Source of the DNA: Macrostomum hystrix
Lineage: Eukaryota > Animalia > Platyhelminthes
Direction: 5' to 3'
Assembly: GCA_950097015.1 (NCBI GenBank)
Contig: CATNEN010000007.1
Location: forward strand, 744,001 to 808,000
Length of the DNA: 64,000 nucleotides
The position numbers were made by a program, and so were the translations under genes. Below are positions 1 to 13,288 of this stretch, in pieces; positions within the stretch are counted from its first letter, which is position 1, and each line of letters begins with the position of its first letter. The notes under the pieces were generated by a model. It worked only from the letters and a program-made list of their open reading frames with translations, was not told where the DNA came from and did no database searches.

Positions 1-718
1 AAAAGGCTAGATTGTTGAGGAACATGAAACCCTGAGTACAATAGGCTATATAATATATCATGAGTAACTGAGCTGGACCTGAGAAGATCTGTAATTACCA
101 TCTCCTATTAAAATAAGTGTGAGCTCTAAGATATAATGTTGCTTTATATGAATCACAGTTTTGTCTGGGTGGACTTTTTTTGCAGTCAGCTAGTGTCTGC
201 TCCGTGGACAGGCGCGATTCACGTCCGCTCAGAGCATTTTTTTAATTTCTTCGGGAAAAAGAGATCTATATATACACGGAGCCAAAAAATGAGGAATTCA
301 AACTATCGTCCGAGGTGTTTTTTATGACTATTAGCTATTGTATAACTAGAATGTTACAAAGGCCTCCGCGGCAGACAGAACCCGGTGCCAGTGTGTCTGG
401 GGGGAGTTCTGCCCATGCCTATTATAGTTAAGTGTCTTTCCTTTTATATGACTGCCTGCAGACTTCAAGCGCATTGTACTCTACACCCAAGTTAGAAATT
501 TGAATTCCTCCAGGAAATATCTAGATCTCAAAGAAATAAGACAGACTGCAGACATTGAGAACACTGGAGAAGCGCGGCAGGTTGAGGTCATACTGGAAGA
601 AGACGCAACATTTGGGGGGGTGGCAAATTATGATTTGGTGCAATTTAGAAGAAAGAATTGTGGTATAAAATTAGATGATATACAAAAAATAAAATACAGA
701 TGAAAAACAGATGTTAAG

Positions 719-1566
719 ATAGAAAGACAGGTGGACAGGTAGAAAGACGGGTGGACAGGTAGAAAGACGAGTGGACAGGTAGAAAGACGGGTGGACAGGT
801 AGAAAGACGGGTGGACAGGTAGAAAGACGGGTGGACATGTAGAAAGACGGGTTGACAGGTAGAAAGACGGGTGGACAGGTAGAAAGACAGGTGGACAGGA
901 AGAAAGACAGGTGGACAGGTTGAAAGACAGGTGGACAGGTAGAAGGACAGATGGACAGGTTGAGAGACGGGTGGACAGGTGGAAAGACGAGTGGACAGGT
1001 AGAAAGACGGGTGGACAGGTAGAAAGACGAGTGGACAGGTAGAAAGACGGGTGGACAGGAAGAAAGACAGGTGGACAGGAAGAAAGACAGGTGGACAAGT
1101 AGAAGGACAAATCGACAGGTTGACAGACGGGTGGACATGTGGAAAGACGAGTGGACAGGTAGAAAGACGGGTGGACAGGTAGAAAGACGGGTGGACAGGT
1201 AGAAAGACGGGTGGATAGGTACAGACAGGTGGACAGGTAGACAGAAGGGTGGACAGGAAGAAAGACAGGTCGACAGGTTGAAAGACGGGTGGACAGGTAG
1301 AAAGACGAGTGGACAGGTTGACAGACGGGTGGACAGGTGGAAAGACGAGTGGACAGGTAGAAAGACGGGTGGATAGATAGGAAAGACGAGTGGACAGGTA
1401 GAAAGGCGGATGGACAGGTAAAAAATACGGGTGGACAGGTAGAAGAACGGGTGGACAGGTAGACAGACAAGTGGACAGGTAGACAGAAGGGTGGATAGAT
1501 ATAAAGACGAGTAGACAGGTTGAAAGACAGGTGGACAGGTAGAAGGACGGGTGGACAGGTAGAAAT
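719..1566. repeat. Minisatellite, 20-bp unit GTAGAAAGACGGGTGGACAG (~42 copies)
   Basis: Tandem periodicity is directly visible; it explains the three repetitive minus-strand ORFs 628-1682. Confidence 0.95.
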
Positions 1567-1774
1567 ACAGGAAGAAGATCAAATGGTAAGTCGGATAAAA
1601 AATTAACAAATAAAAATGCTGTCCGTTTTGATTTTGAATGAAATAAATTTTTTAAGTAACCAGCCGACCTTCTTTGACTCATTCAATCTGAAATTTTCCC
1701 ATTCCATCTCCTCCAATGCGTCGGTCGTCTAGAACTTTGCGAGGGGGGAGAGGGGAAAAGCAAGTTAGAGATAG

Positions 1775-1850
1775 AGAACGAATCTGATTGGCTGGCGCGG
1801 TCTCCGCTTGAAAGTGTGAAGTGGGCCCGCAACCAGTCGCGCCTCGATTC
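1775..1850. promoter_or_regulatory. CpG-rich promoter-like patch with CCAAT box (CTGATTGGCT)
   Basis: NF-Y-type motif near 1783-1792 in a local GC/CpG-rich island. The linked gene is not established. Confidence 0.3.
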
Positions 1851-2048
1851 GCAATCCTCAAAAAGAGATGCCGCTTGATGATTTTCCGACTAATCGCTTT
1901 TGTCTGCTCGCAACTCTTCAAGGCCAGAAAATTAGAAACAAAAAACTTGCTCATATATATTTGATTAAACAGATTAAAAAAGCTTACTATTGACCAGCTG
2001 CCAAGTTTTAGTCTAACAGGTAAGAGCGATTACCGCGATTTGCGTAAA

Positions 2049-3010
2049 TTCTCCGCACTCTCATTCTCCCCACTCTCATTTCTCCCCTCTCTCATTCTCC
2101 CCACTCTCATTTCTCCCCTCTCTCATTCTCCCCACTCTCATTTCTCCCCACTCTCATTCTCCCCACTCTCATTTCTCCCCACTCTCATTCTCCCCACTCT
2201 CATTCTCCGCACTCTCATTCTCCGCACTCTCATTCTCCCCACTCTCATTCTCGCCACTCTCATTTCTCCCCTCTCTCATTCTCCCCACTCTCATTTCTCC
2301 CCACTCTCATTCTCCCCACTCTCATTTCTCCCCACTCTCATTCTCCCCACTCTCATTCTCCGCACTCTCATTCTCCGCACTCTCATTCTCCGCACTCTCA
2401 TTCTCCGCACTCTCATTCTCCCCACTCTCATTCTCGCCACTCTCATTTCTCCCCTCTCTCATTCTCCCCACTCTCATTTCTCCCCTCTCTCATTCTCCCC
2501 ACTCTCATTTCTCCCCACTCTCATTCTCGCCACTCTCATTCTCCCCACTCTCATTTCTCCCCACTCTCATTCTCCCCACTCTCATTCTCCCCACTCTCAT
2601 TTCTCCCCTCTCTCATTCTCCCCACTCTCATTTCTCCCCTCTCTCATTCTCCCCACTCTCATTTCTCCCCACTCTCATTCTCGCCACTCTCATTTCTCCC
2701 CACTCTCATTCTCCCCACTCTCATTTCTCCCCACTCTCATTCTCCCCTCTCTCATTCTCCGCACTCTCATTCTCCCCTCTCTCATTCTCCGCACTCTCAT
2801 TCTCCCCACTCTCATTTCTCCCCTCTCTCATTCTCCCCACTCTCATTTCTCCCCTCTCTTATTTCTCCCCACTCTCATTTCTCCCCACTCTCATTCTCCC
2901 CACTCTCATTTCTCCCCACTCTCATTCTCCCCACTCTCATTTCTCCCCACTCTCATTTCTCCCCACTCTCATTTCTCCCCACTCTCATTTCTCCCCACTC
3001 TCATTTCTCA
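2049..3010. repeat. Pyrimidine-rich minisatellite, 15/16-bp unit CTCATT(T)CTCCCCACT
   Basis: Direct tandem periodicity; ORF 2040-3062 is its translation. Confidence 0.95.
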
Positions 3011-3835
3011 TCTCTCCAATCGCTGCTCCCACTATGTAACCGCAGCTTCAGCAGCCTTATAGCTTTAACGCGATAAATCATGTTCATATATTATAGTTAG
3101 AGCGAGGCATTTTAAGCCATCCTGAAGCCAGTGAATTTGGTGTCAATTTCGCTTTTTCGTGTGCGTATGCTTGCAACCTGATCTAGCAGACCGTGCGAAA
3201 CCTACAGAACAAGCCGAGCCACACTAGTATAGGATTTGATATTACAGTCTGCTTGCCTTCAATTTCCAGAATCCCATGCAGAGGACATTTTTATCCCTGC
3301 ATGGGGTGTGTTATATAGCTGTGAGCCAAAACCGCTATTGGTCAGTTCTGAAAAAGAAATTTTTGGATTGTAAAACTTAAACAATATCAGTCTAGGAAAG
3401 GTTATAACTGAAATAGAATCTGGGATGGTCTGGCAGCTGCAGTGAAGGTGTTCAGCGAGCAATAAGAAAACTAACTATAGTTTCCCACTCTTACAATTGT
3501 TCCAGGGCAGTGAGCTCAAAATTCTATGATTTCTATATTTACAGGCGTATAATGCATAAGATATAGACATTCAGTATATAGAACTGAAGCTTTAGTTGTA
3601 AATCTGCCAGCCTGTTTCATCTTGCCGCTATCTCTCCTGTCTCTCTCTGTCTCTGTCTCACACTTGTAGGTGCTTAATAAAATAATGGTTATATAGAAAG
3701 TATTCAGTGAACTGGGAAACACGGTGAAATATGCGCTCACAGCTATCTAGATTGGCGTCATTTTCGTTTTTCAATCAATTGCCCTTTGACTTCAACCTTG
3801 TCAATTAGGTAGAAAGTCGATTCATTGGAAGACAC

Positions 3836-4700
3836 AGGTTGAGTGAGAGGTAGAGTGAGAGCTAGAGTGAGAGGTAGAGTGAGAGCTAGAGTGAGAGGTA
3901 GAGTGAGAGGTAGAGTGAGAGGTAGAGTGAGCGGTAGAGTGAGCGGTAGAGTGAGAGGTTGAGTGAGAGGTTGAGTGAGAGGTAGAGTGAGGTAGAGTAA
4001 GAGGTAGAGTGAGAGGTAGAGTGAGAGGTAGAGTGAGAGCTAGAGTGAGAGGTAGAGTGAGAGGTAGAGTGAGAGGTAGAGTGAGCGGTAGAGTGAGCGG
4101 TAGAGTGAGAGGTTGAGTGAGAGGTAGAGTGAGAGGTAGAGTGAGGTAGAGTAAGAGGTAGAGTGAGGTAGAGTAAGAGGTAGAGTGAGGTAGAGTAAGA
4201 GGTAGAGTGACAGGTAGAGTGAGAGGTAGAGTAAGAGGTAGAGTGAGAGGTAGAGTGAGAGGTAGAGTGAGAGGTAGAGTAAAAAGTAGAGTGAGAGATT
4301 GAGTGAGAGGTAGAGTGAGCGGTAGAGTGAGCGGTAGAGTGAGAGGTTGAGTGAGAGGTAGAGTGAGAGGTAGAGTGAGGTAGAGTAAGAGGTAGAGTGA
4401 GAGGTAGAGTGAGAGGTAGAGTGAGAGGTAGAGTAAGAGGTAGAGTGAGAGGTAGAGTGAGAGGTTGAGTGAGAGGTAGAGTGAGAGGTAGAGTGAGGTA
4501 GAGTAAAAGGTAGAGTGAGAGGTAGAGTGAGAGGTAGAGTGAGAGGTAGAGTAAGAGGTAGAGTGAGAGGTAGAGTGAGAGGTAGAGTGAGAGGTAGAGT
4601 AAAAAGTAGAGTGAGAGGTTGAGTGAGGGGTAGAGTGAGAGGTAGAGTGAGAGGTAGAGTAAGAGGTAGAGTGAGAGGTAGAGTGAGAGGTAGAGTGGGA
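3836..4700. repeat. Minisatellite, 12-bp unit GTAGAGTGAGAG
   Basis: Direct tandem periodicity. Confidence 0.95.
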
Positions 4701-5595
4701 GGTTGAAAAGGTGGGTAGAATTAAAGGTAGAGTAAAAGTTAGAGTGAGGGTTAGAGTGATAGAGAGGTAATCTGTGCTCTGTACTTATAAAAAAGGATTT
4801 ATAAATCTTCAAGCTTCTGGAAGGCTGTTAGCAGATAATTATTGTAAAAAAGTGTTTTAGAGCCCCAGTGCGGTAGGTTCCCTATAAATTAAAGGTATAA
4901 GAGGTTTAAAGATTCAAATCAAATTTCTATAAGTTTTACAATCGGTCCAGTTGTCCTCATGATCCTCGCATATCAGTTAACTAAATTCGGAATGCAAATG
5001 AATAAAACAAAGAAAAAAATCCTACAGGCAAATATAAATTCCCGCTTATCCAATTTAAGGGCGGTAAGGGCACCTGCTTTTCCTTTCTCGAAATCGCGTA
5101 TTGCATATATTCTTTATGGCTTTATAGCTAAACTAGTCGATTTAAAAATAGTTCTGCTCAGACATGCAGCGGTTCTGCTGAGGAGGTTTTAATGTCCTGG
5201 ATACCGGCTACACTTTTACTCTTTCTTTCTGCGGGCCAAGAAACTAAAAGCCAATTTTTCTCCCCTCTATGGGTTTTACTTTCAAATCGTATTTTATTTT
5301 CGCACTCACGGCTGCGGGAGGTACTCGAGAAGGGTGAGACAGCAAAGAGAACTTCGTCACGATCTTGGTGAATATTCAACCATTTTTCTAGTCTTTTTTT
5401 CTCCTTCACTTGTATATTACAAATTTCTGCCTTAGAAAAAGAAAACAAGATTTATCGTCACGATTATAACAAATAAATTATTCATAATTTTTTCAATAAG
5501 CTCTGATTTTCTCGGGCACAGGAAATTTTTTATACGGGCTAATATCAATAAAAAACCCACGAAAATTCGAAGTCACATCAGCTAGATATACTCAG

Positions 5596-6263
5596 TTAAA
5601 TCTGTACACAGTGAAATCTGTACACAGTGAAATCTGTACAAAGTGAAATCTGTACACAGTGAAATCTGTACACAGTGAAGTCTGTACAAAGTGAAATCTG
5701 TACACAGTGAAATATGTAGACTGTGAAATCAGTACACAGTGAAGTCTGTGCAAAGTGAAATCTGTACACAGTGAAATCAGTACACAGTGAAGTCTGTGCA
5801 AAGTGAAATCTGTGCAAAGTGAAATCTGTACACAGTGAAGTCTGTACAAAGTGAAATCTGTACACAGTGAAATCTGTACACAGTGAAATCTGTACACAGT
5901 GAAATCTGTACACAGTGAAATCTATACACAGTGAAATCTGTACACAGTGAAATCTGTACACAGTGAAATCTGTACAAAGTGAAATCTGTACACAGTGAAA
6001 TCTGTACACAGTGAAGTCTGTACAAAGTGAAATCTGTACACAGTGAAATATGTAGACTGTGAAATCAGTACACAGTGAAGTCTGTGCAAAGTGAAATCTG
6101 TACACAGTGAAATCAGTACACAGTGAAGTCTGTGCAAAGTGAAATCTGTGCAAAGTGAAATCTGTACACAGTGAAGTCTGTACAAAGTGAAATCTGTACA
6201 CAGTGAAATCTGTACACAGTGAAGTCTGTACAAAGTGAAATCTGTACACAGTGAAATCTGTAC
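5596..6263. repeat. Minisatellite, 16-bp unit GTGAAATCTGTACACA
   Basis: Direct tandem periodicity; it ends ~20 bp before the acceptor of the nuclear receptor's first coding exon. Confidence 0.95.
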
Positions 6264-6308
6264 AACGACATCCATTATTTTCAGTAGTCCGCAGACTGCC
6301 GAGTCACC

Positions 6309-6946
6309 ATGACAACCTGCTCGCCAATGCAGTTAAACCCGATTGTCGCCTCCGCAAGCTGTCATCATCAGCCGCTGATGCCGCTGACGCCGCAGCCGCC
6401 GCAGCCGCCTCCTCCGCTATGCGTGGAAGAAGTCAAACTAGAGCTCGCCGACACCTGTTGGACAGAGACTGGCGGCGGCTACCTGACTGCCTACGTCAGC
6501 CAGGCACCCGTTGACTGCACCACTGCTGCATTCTATGGCCAATACTACAGCAGCTGCCAGCTGCCTTCAACTGCAGCCCAGCAGCAGCAGCAGCAGCAGC
6601 ATCATCATCAGACTACGTTTTCAAACTTCGTTGACTGCCATTTCGATAATTTATCGGCTTATCAATCGTCTGTCTACATCGATTATCATCAGCAACAGCA
6701 GCAGCAGCAGCAGCATCAGCAGCATATACAAATGCAGTATCATCATCAGCAACAGCAGCAGCAGCCGCAGCAAGTTAATAACTTTAGTGGCGCTCTGGAG
6801 CCGAACCTGTTCGCCAATTCCTACCTGCCGCAGCCTCAGAACCAGCCGGCTCTGTTCGTGCAGCCTGAGCCGATTGAAGTCAACATCGGCAAGGACGTCT
6901 ATCAGTTCAAAGAGGTGGACATTGAAGCCAGAATTGAAGCCAGATC

Positions 6947-6993
<47 letters not shown>

Positions 6994-9900
6994 ACAGCAC
7001 TAGTGGAAACAGCAGCAGCAGCCGCAGCAGCAGCGGCGGTGGCAGCGGCGGCACCTGTGTCAAAAGCAGTGTCGGCAGCATCCGACACGCCTGCGACGTC
7101 TGTGGAGACACGGCGGCCGGGTTTCATTGCGGTGCCTTTGTCTGCGAGGCCTGCAAGAAGTTCTTTATCCGATCGTCCAGGGCTGAGCCGCTGATGCAGC
7201 GCGCAGTTGGCGAGCCCACGACCCCGACTGGGGCAGCAGCGGCGGCTGCCGCGGCGGCAGCGGCGGCGGCAAAGTACGCCTGCAGCAAGTCCGGCAACTG
7301 CGACATCACCAAGGAGACTAGGACCCACTGCCAGCTCTGCAGATACAAGAAATGCCTGGCCTTAAAGATGTTTCCACCGGGTGAGAGCTCGCGAGTGGGA
7401 GATGAGACTCGGGAGAGATGAGACTCGGGAGAGATGAGACTCAGGAGAGATGAGACTCGGGAGAGATGAGACTCGGGAGAGATAAGATTCGGGAGAGATG
7501 AGACCCGGGGTAGATGAATGATGCCACTCTATCAATTATGTCACTCTAGCAATCATGCCACTCTATCAATCATGTCACTGTATCAATCATGTCACTCTAT
7601 CAATCATGCTACTATATCAATCATGTCACTCTATCAATCATGCTACTCTATCAATCATGCCACTCTATCAATCATGTCACTCTATCAATCATGCTACTCT
7701 ATCAATCATGTCACTCTATCAATCATGCTACTCTATCAATCATGCCACTCTATCAATCATGTCACTCTATCAATTATGCCACTCTAGCAATCATGTCACT
7801 CTATCAATCATGTCACTCTATCAATCATGTCACTCTATCAATCATGTCACTCTATCAATCATGTCACTCTATCAATCATGCCACTCTATCAATCATGCTA
7901 CTCTATCAATCATGCCACTCTATCAATCATGTCACTCTATCAATCATGTCACTCTATTAATCATGCCACTCTATCAATCATGCCACTCTATCAATCATGA
8001 GACTCTATCAATCATGTCACTCTATCAATCATGTCACTCTATTAATCATGCCACTCAAACTATTTTAGCGGAAAATGACAGTTGACAGGAGTTGTTTAGA
8101 TTTCCAGTCGTCAGTTTCATGATTTTGAGTTTAGTCTGCCAGTAACAGATAAACTCCACCAAAAACCGCGGTTAGACCAAAATCAACCTTTTCTGCCTAG
8201 TGTTTACGTAAATCCCATATAAGCGCTAGAATGGCATAGTATAGGTAAGACTGCCGTTACATAAAAGTTTATAGCCAAGTCATCTGTGAGCGTATATTGT
8301 CGCACCCATATAGAATGCTCCACTGAATTGGCAGCACTTTTACTGTAATGCAGTCCTGACTGGTAACACTGGCAGGTTCTGCTGCCAGTCTCGCTGCCGC
8401 TGCTCTGAAGAAAATTCGTTGCAATGTTGTGCGCAGTTTTACTAAATGCCATGCTTTTACTCCTGATTGCTGCACTAATTGGCAGGTTTTGCCTCTGCAG
8501 AACAATTTATTGCAAATAATAAAATAGACTGAGGGAATTAGATTGAAAGGGGATACAATTATAATGGGTAAGATAGAGAAGTAGATAGATAGAAGAGAAA
8601 GAAGTAGAGAGAAGAGAAAGAAGTAGATAGAAGAGAAAGAAGTAGATAGAAGAGAGAGAAGAAGTTAGATGGGAGAGAGAGAAGTAGATAGAAGAGAGAG
8701 AAGAAGCTAGATGGGAGAGAGAGAAGTAGATAGAAGAGAGAGAAGAAGCTAGATGGGAGAGAGAGAAGTAGATAGAAGAGAGAGAAGAAGCTAGATGGGA
8801 GAGAGAGAAGTAGATAGAAGAGAGAGAAGAAGCTAGATGGGAGAGAGAGAAGTAGATAGAAGAGAGAGAAGAAGCTAGATGGGAGAGAGAGAAGTAGATA
8901 CACTGGAGATAAAACTGGAATCGACACATATGTACTGGAAGCGCCATGCAGGGTGTACTTCAATAATTACTGGGACAATTACTGGGACCCTGTAGCAAGG
9001 TGTAGCAGTGTATTGAGGCAACCAGTATGATTGGACTGAGTGTCCGGAATCTGTTTTTGCCCGGGGCGTGACGATCAGCAATTTCTGCTTTGGCGCGGCA
9101 TTCGCTGGCGCAGTCTTCTTAGACAGATTTTTTTCGACGAAAGTAACAAAAAATTCCTCCCAGACGGAAAATAGATTGGGATATTTTATTTCCTGTTTCT
9201 CTTTCTCGTGAGATTCACTTCTTTAATATTTCGTAACGCAGTTTTAACGATTCGTTGTTTTCGATTGCCTGATCGGGTTTAGGTGTTTTCCGGCTTTCAA
9301 ACTTTACGCGTTTTGTTTAAATATATTGAATCGAATTGGACAAATAATCGTGCGAGCGTTGATTTAAAAATGAAGTCCCTGAGCTCCATAAATTGCGGTG
9401 AGGCCACATTGGGCGCAGCCGTGGGGAAATTGACGGACATCCTCGATGCAATTTCGAAAGTGAGAAGCACGCACAGGTCATACATATTGCGGTGGTGGCC
9501 CGAACCAAGGAAGGTCTTTGTAGCGAACCAAAATTGGGAACCCCACAACAGAAATCGATGCGACCAAAGACTGTTTTTTAACCTTCCAAAGCTTTTCCTA
9601 AGCATGAAGGCCTACATTTTTGTTATAACAGGAAGGCCACCTTCTCATTGTAACCATCTCATCCGTTTGCAGGCTGGCTATAGCGGGCAACCAAAGGCAT
9701 TGCAGAGAGAGTTTATTGCATTAGGACGGGCAGTCAGTTTGCTACATGCTTCCCATAGTTGAAATTTTCTGGTGTTATTAAGAGAGGGGGCTCATGATTG
9801 TAACGAAATTTCGCTCTGGTAACAAGCACGAATGCGAGTAATGGGGAAAAATAGTACAATTTACATAGGAAATGACTCACCTTAAATAATGACTATAATT

Positions 9901-12900
9901 GCACTACAGTTCTTCCCCTTAAATGCGATTCCGAAAATTTTGGAAATCTAGCTGAGTACGACTATTAGAATAAGAATTTAATAATTTATGAGATAAGAAA
10001 AATCATCAGGATTGATTCGCTGAGGAAACCGAATGACGGATTAGTGTCACAGATTCTCCATATGCTGGGGGATTCTGATGGGGTGGGGGAGTTAAGAAGC
10101 TTAGAAAGTGTCCGGAATCCAGGCTGAGCTGAGCACAGAATGCAGCTGACATCTCAAAACAGATGCCTCGCCAGTTACTTCGCGTTATTCGTGAATGCGA
10201 GCCCTGGCAGTCGATACAGTTTTGGCAACATTCGGCACAACCCAACCGCCAATGCCATTATGGGGAATGTTTCTGAGAATTGTCGCTACAAATAGCGGGG
10301 ATAATCGAAATTTAGCGCTAGGAAACATTTTTTGCAACACCGTTTTTTTATGTTTTTCATGTTTGGGGGGCTAATTTGAAAAGTTGAACTCCCCCGCAGG
10401 CAAGAATCCCAGCGTGATGCAGGCGCCAATCTCTGAGATCCCCTGTCGAGTCTGTGGAGCTGCCAGTTCGGGATTTCACTTCGGAGCCATCACCTGCGAG
10501 GGATGCAAGGTGAGAGGATAACTATCTCCGTCTGATTTCATCCACTTTCTCACGGACCTTGGTGCGAGTTGCCTCATGGTTTGTTATCGCTTGAAGTCCG
10601 GGGGATCGGAAAACTTTTTAGGTTGCGGGCCACGGAGAGAACCTAAAAGACTGTAGCGGGCCGCAACAACTGTGGGAATATGAGAAAGGGGAGAGATGAG
10701 AATCTCCTTCTCAAGGTACAGGATACTGTAGATGTTGGAAGGGGCAACCGGCCGGATTTGGGAGCTTCGAGAGCCGCATCTGGCCCGCGGGCCGGAGTTT
10801 TACCGACCCCTGCTTAAAAAAGGTAGAAAATTTATTTATTTTTCATTGCAGGGATTTTTCCGACGAACCATTCGCGAGCGGGACTCCGGCCAGTACGTCT
10901 GCGGCAAGGGCGGCGGCTGCGAGATCAACCAGACCAGCCGGAATGCCTGCAAGAGCTGCCGATTTCATAAGTGCATCCGGGCCGGCATGTCCTCAGAAGG
11001 TGCGAAAATTTGGTGTGGGATTTCTGGTGTGGGATTTCTTGTATGGGATTTCTCGTGGGGATTTCTTGTGTGGGATTTCTCGTGGGGATTTCTTGTGTGG
11101 GATTTCTCGTGGGGATTTCTTGTGTGGGATTTCTCGTGGGGATTTCTTGTGTGGGATTAATAGTATGGGATTTCTGGTTTGTTATTTCTAGTATGGGGTT
11201 TCTGGTGTGGGATTTTTTGGCGTGGGATTTCTGGTGTGGGATTTCTGGTGTGGGATTTCAGGAATAGGATTTCTGGTGTGGTATTTCTGGTGTGGTATTT
11301 TATGTGAGTATTAATCGCGGGAATTATCCGTATAGGATTTCTAGTCTGGTATCTTGGGAGTTTTCGTTTGAGATTCTTAGAAAGGGGTTTTTTGGCGTCG
11401 GGGTTTTTATTAAGGATTTCCGCAGTGACTTGTGTGATATTTCTATTGTGGGATTTCTTGTGCATTGTCTCAGATTGTTGGTGTTAGGTCTCTGATTTTT
11501 GGCATTCGGTCATGCAGGATATCTTGAGGTTGTTGAGGGATATGACAATTGGTGTGTGGGATGTGAAGTTTTTAGTCGCGGATGTCGCGGTCATCTATAG
11601 GTACGATTTTGGGGATAAAATTTCATCCGGCCAGCTTTGGAATGCAATGTGTGAGGTCCACCCGCCTGTCTGGAACTGGATACGAGATTTTGTTCTGGAT
11701 TTGTCAAACTACCTTAAATAATAACATTTTTGAAGTATCAAAATATGAGAATTGATGATTTTTTTAAACAAACTTTGACAAGTATGACATCTTTGAAACC
11801 ATAGCCAACTATAACCTTATTAATATGCTTAGTTAGAAAAAAATGAGCTGTTGAATTAAAGCAACAGTTGGAGATTGGATAGGCCAGACATAGGCAGACA
11901 AAGAAGTGTTAAATATATAAACATATAGATAGATACTTTAATGTTTGAGTCTAGCCGACTTATTAACTCGCTTGGATGAACTCAGACACACACACAGACA
12001 CAGACACGAAAGCAGAAATGGCCAACACATTCAAATCCCACACGATGTTGCTATTGTCTTTTTGACAGTCACTCTCATAAAGAAAAGGACCTGCCAGTCA
12101 CGTGATGTTGGCCAATTTTCCTTCGAACAAAAATTATGCCCCCAAGGTACACGAGCTTGTCTGTAGTAGGGATAATGATTTCCAAAATTATAATTCCCTC
12201 ATAGCCAAAGATGTTCGAAAATTGAAGCAAAAGACACGCCACCAGGGAGGATTACAAAATCTCTCTATAGAGGTCTGACAAATTCGATCTATAAATATTT
12301 TTTAATCCCCTTTGGCTCGAAGCATCACACTTTAATAATCCGTCGGCTAATTTTGAATATAGTCAGCAGCAGCAGCAGCAGCAGCAGCATTAAAAGGTTT
12401 GTTATTATTCGAGACACGAAACGCACACTATTAGAAGCCTGATTTCCGGACACTGGGCCTGCCTGGCAGAAGGGAAGTTGACAGGGTTGAGACACTCGGC
12501 AGGCTTAGGTGTGGGCCCGGACACTTTCAAAGTCATAATTGCTTATAACAAGATGAAAATTAATTCTTCCTCATCCCTCACTCCCCTCTCTCATCTCGCA
12601 TTTCTTGTTTTCTTCACACGCCGCAAAGTAGCAGTAAAACAGCCAGGCTAAAATTTATTCAAAAAATAGACCCCTAGGCATTTTCGGCAGCATTTTAATA
12701 GTTGGACAGTTTTTTTTTGTTTTAAAATATTCGCTGTGCATATACTTGGTAGTTTGTTTGTTTATAGTTGAATTTTTCTGTTGAATGTATATTACACAGT
12801 TTTTTGTGTCCTTATTTTTTTCGAGCCAAGTTTTACTACTTAATTTCGACAAAACGAAACCTTGCTTAACTGCCACGACACACTAATAATAGTAGTCGCT

Positions 12901-13241
12901 GAAATATTTTGGTGTAAAAAATGCTTGTGGAACCTGAATTGACTGCACCTGCCCCAATCGGGCCAGATGTGCAGCCGACAGCTGCACACGCCACACCCAC
13001 CCTCAATTACCCCAGCTGGGTGAACTGAATCAATTCAGAGTTAAGCAGTGTCATGCTAAAGAATAAAAACTGTTCCAATGGAGTCAGGAATCGAACCCCT
13101 GACGGTCAAGTCGCCCCAAAAAAATTGCAGGCAGCCGCATCGGCCGGCAACCAAACGCAGTGAAGCACCAGTGCGCCCAGGAGATTCAGGCCATCAAGAC
13201 GAAGCGCCGTCGATTAAATTTTAACAACTTTCAGGGCAACG

Positions 13242-13288
<47 letters not shown>

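Noticed and set aside
500-703. 67-aa ORF and other short ORFs in AT-rich intergenic DNA (e.g. 9283-9762, 36730-37185)
   Set aside because: No recognisable motif, non-ATG starts and no supporting splice structure.
8204-8452. Possible decayed LINE reverse-transcriptase tail ([16 protein letters not shown])
   Set aside because: Only a vague resemblance to the RT C-terminal motif; too short and degenerate to support without a profile search.
12162-12173. TGTAGTAGGGAT, matching the Gypsy LTR start in the opposite orientation
   Set aside because: A 12-bp match only; the following sequence does not align with the LTR.
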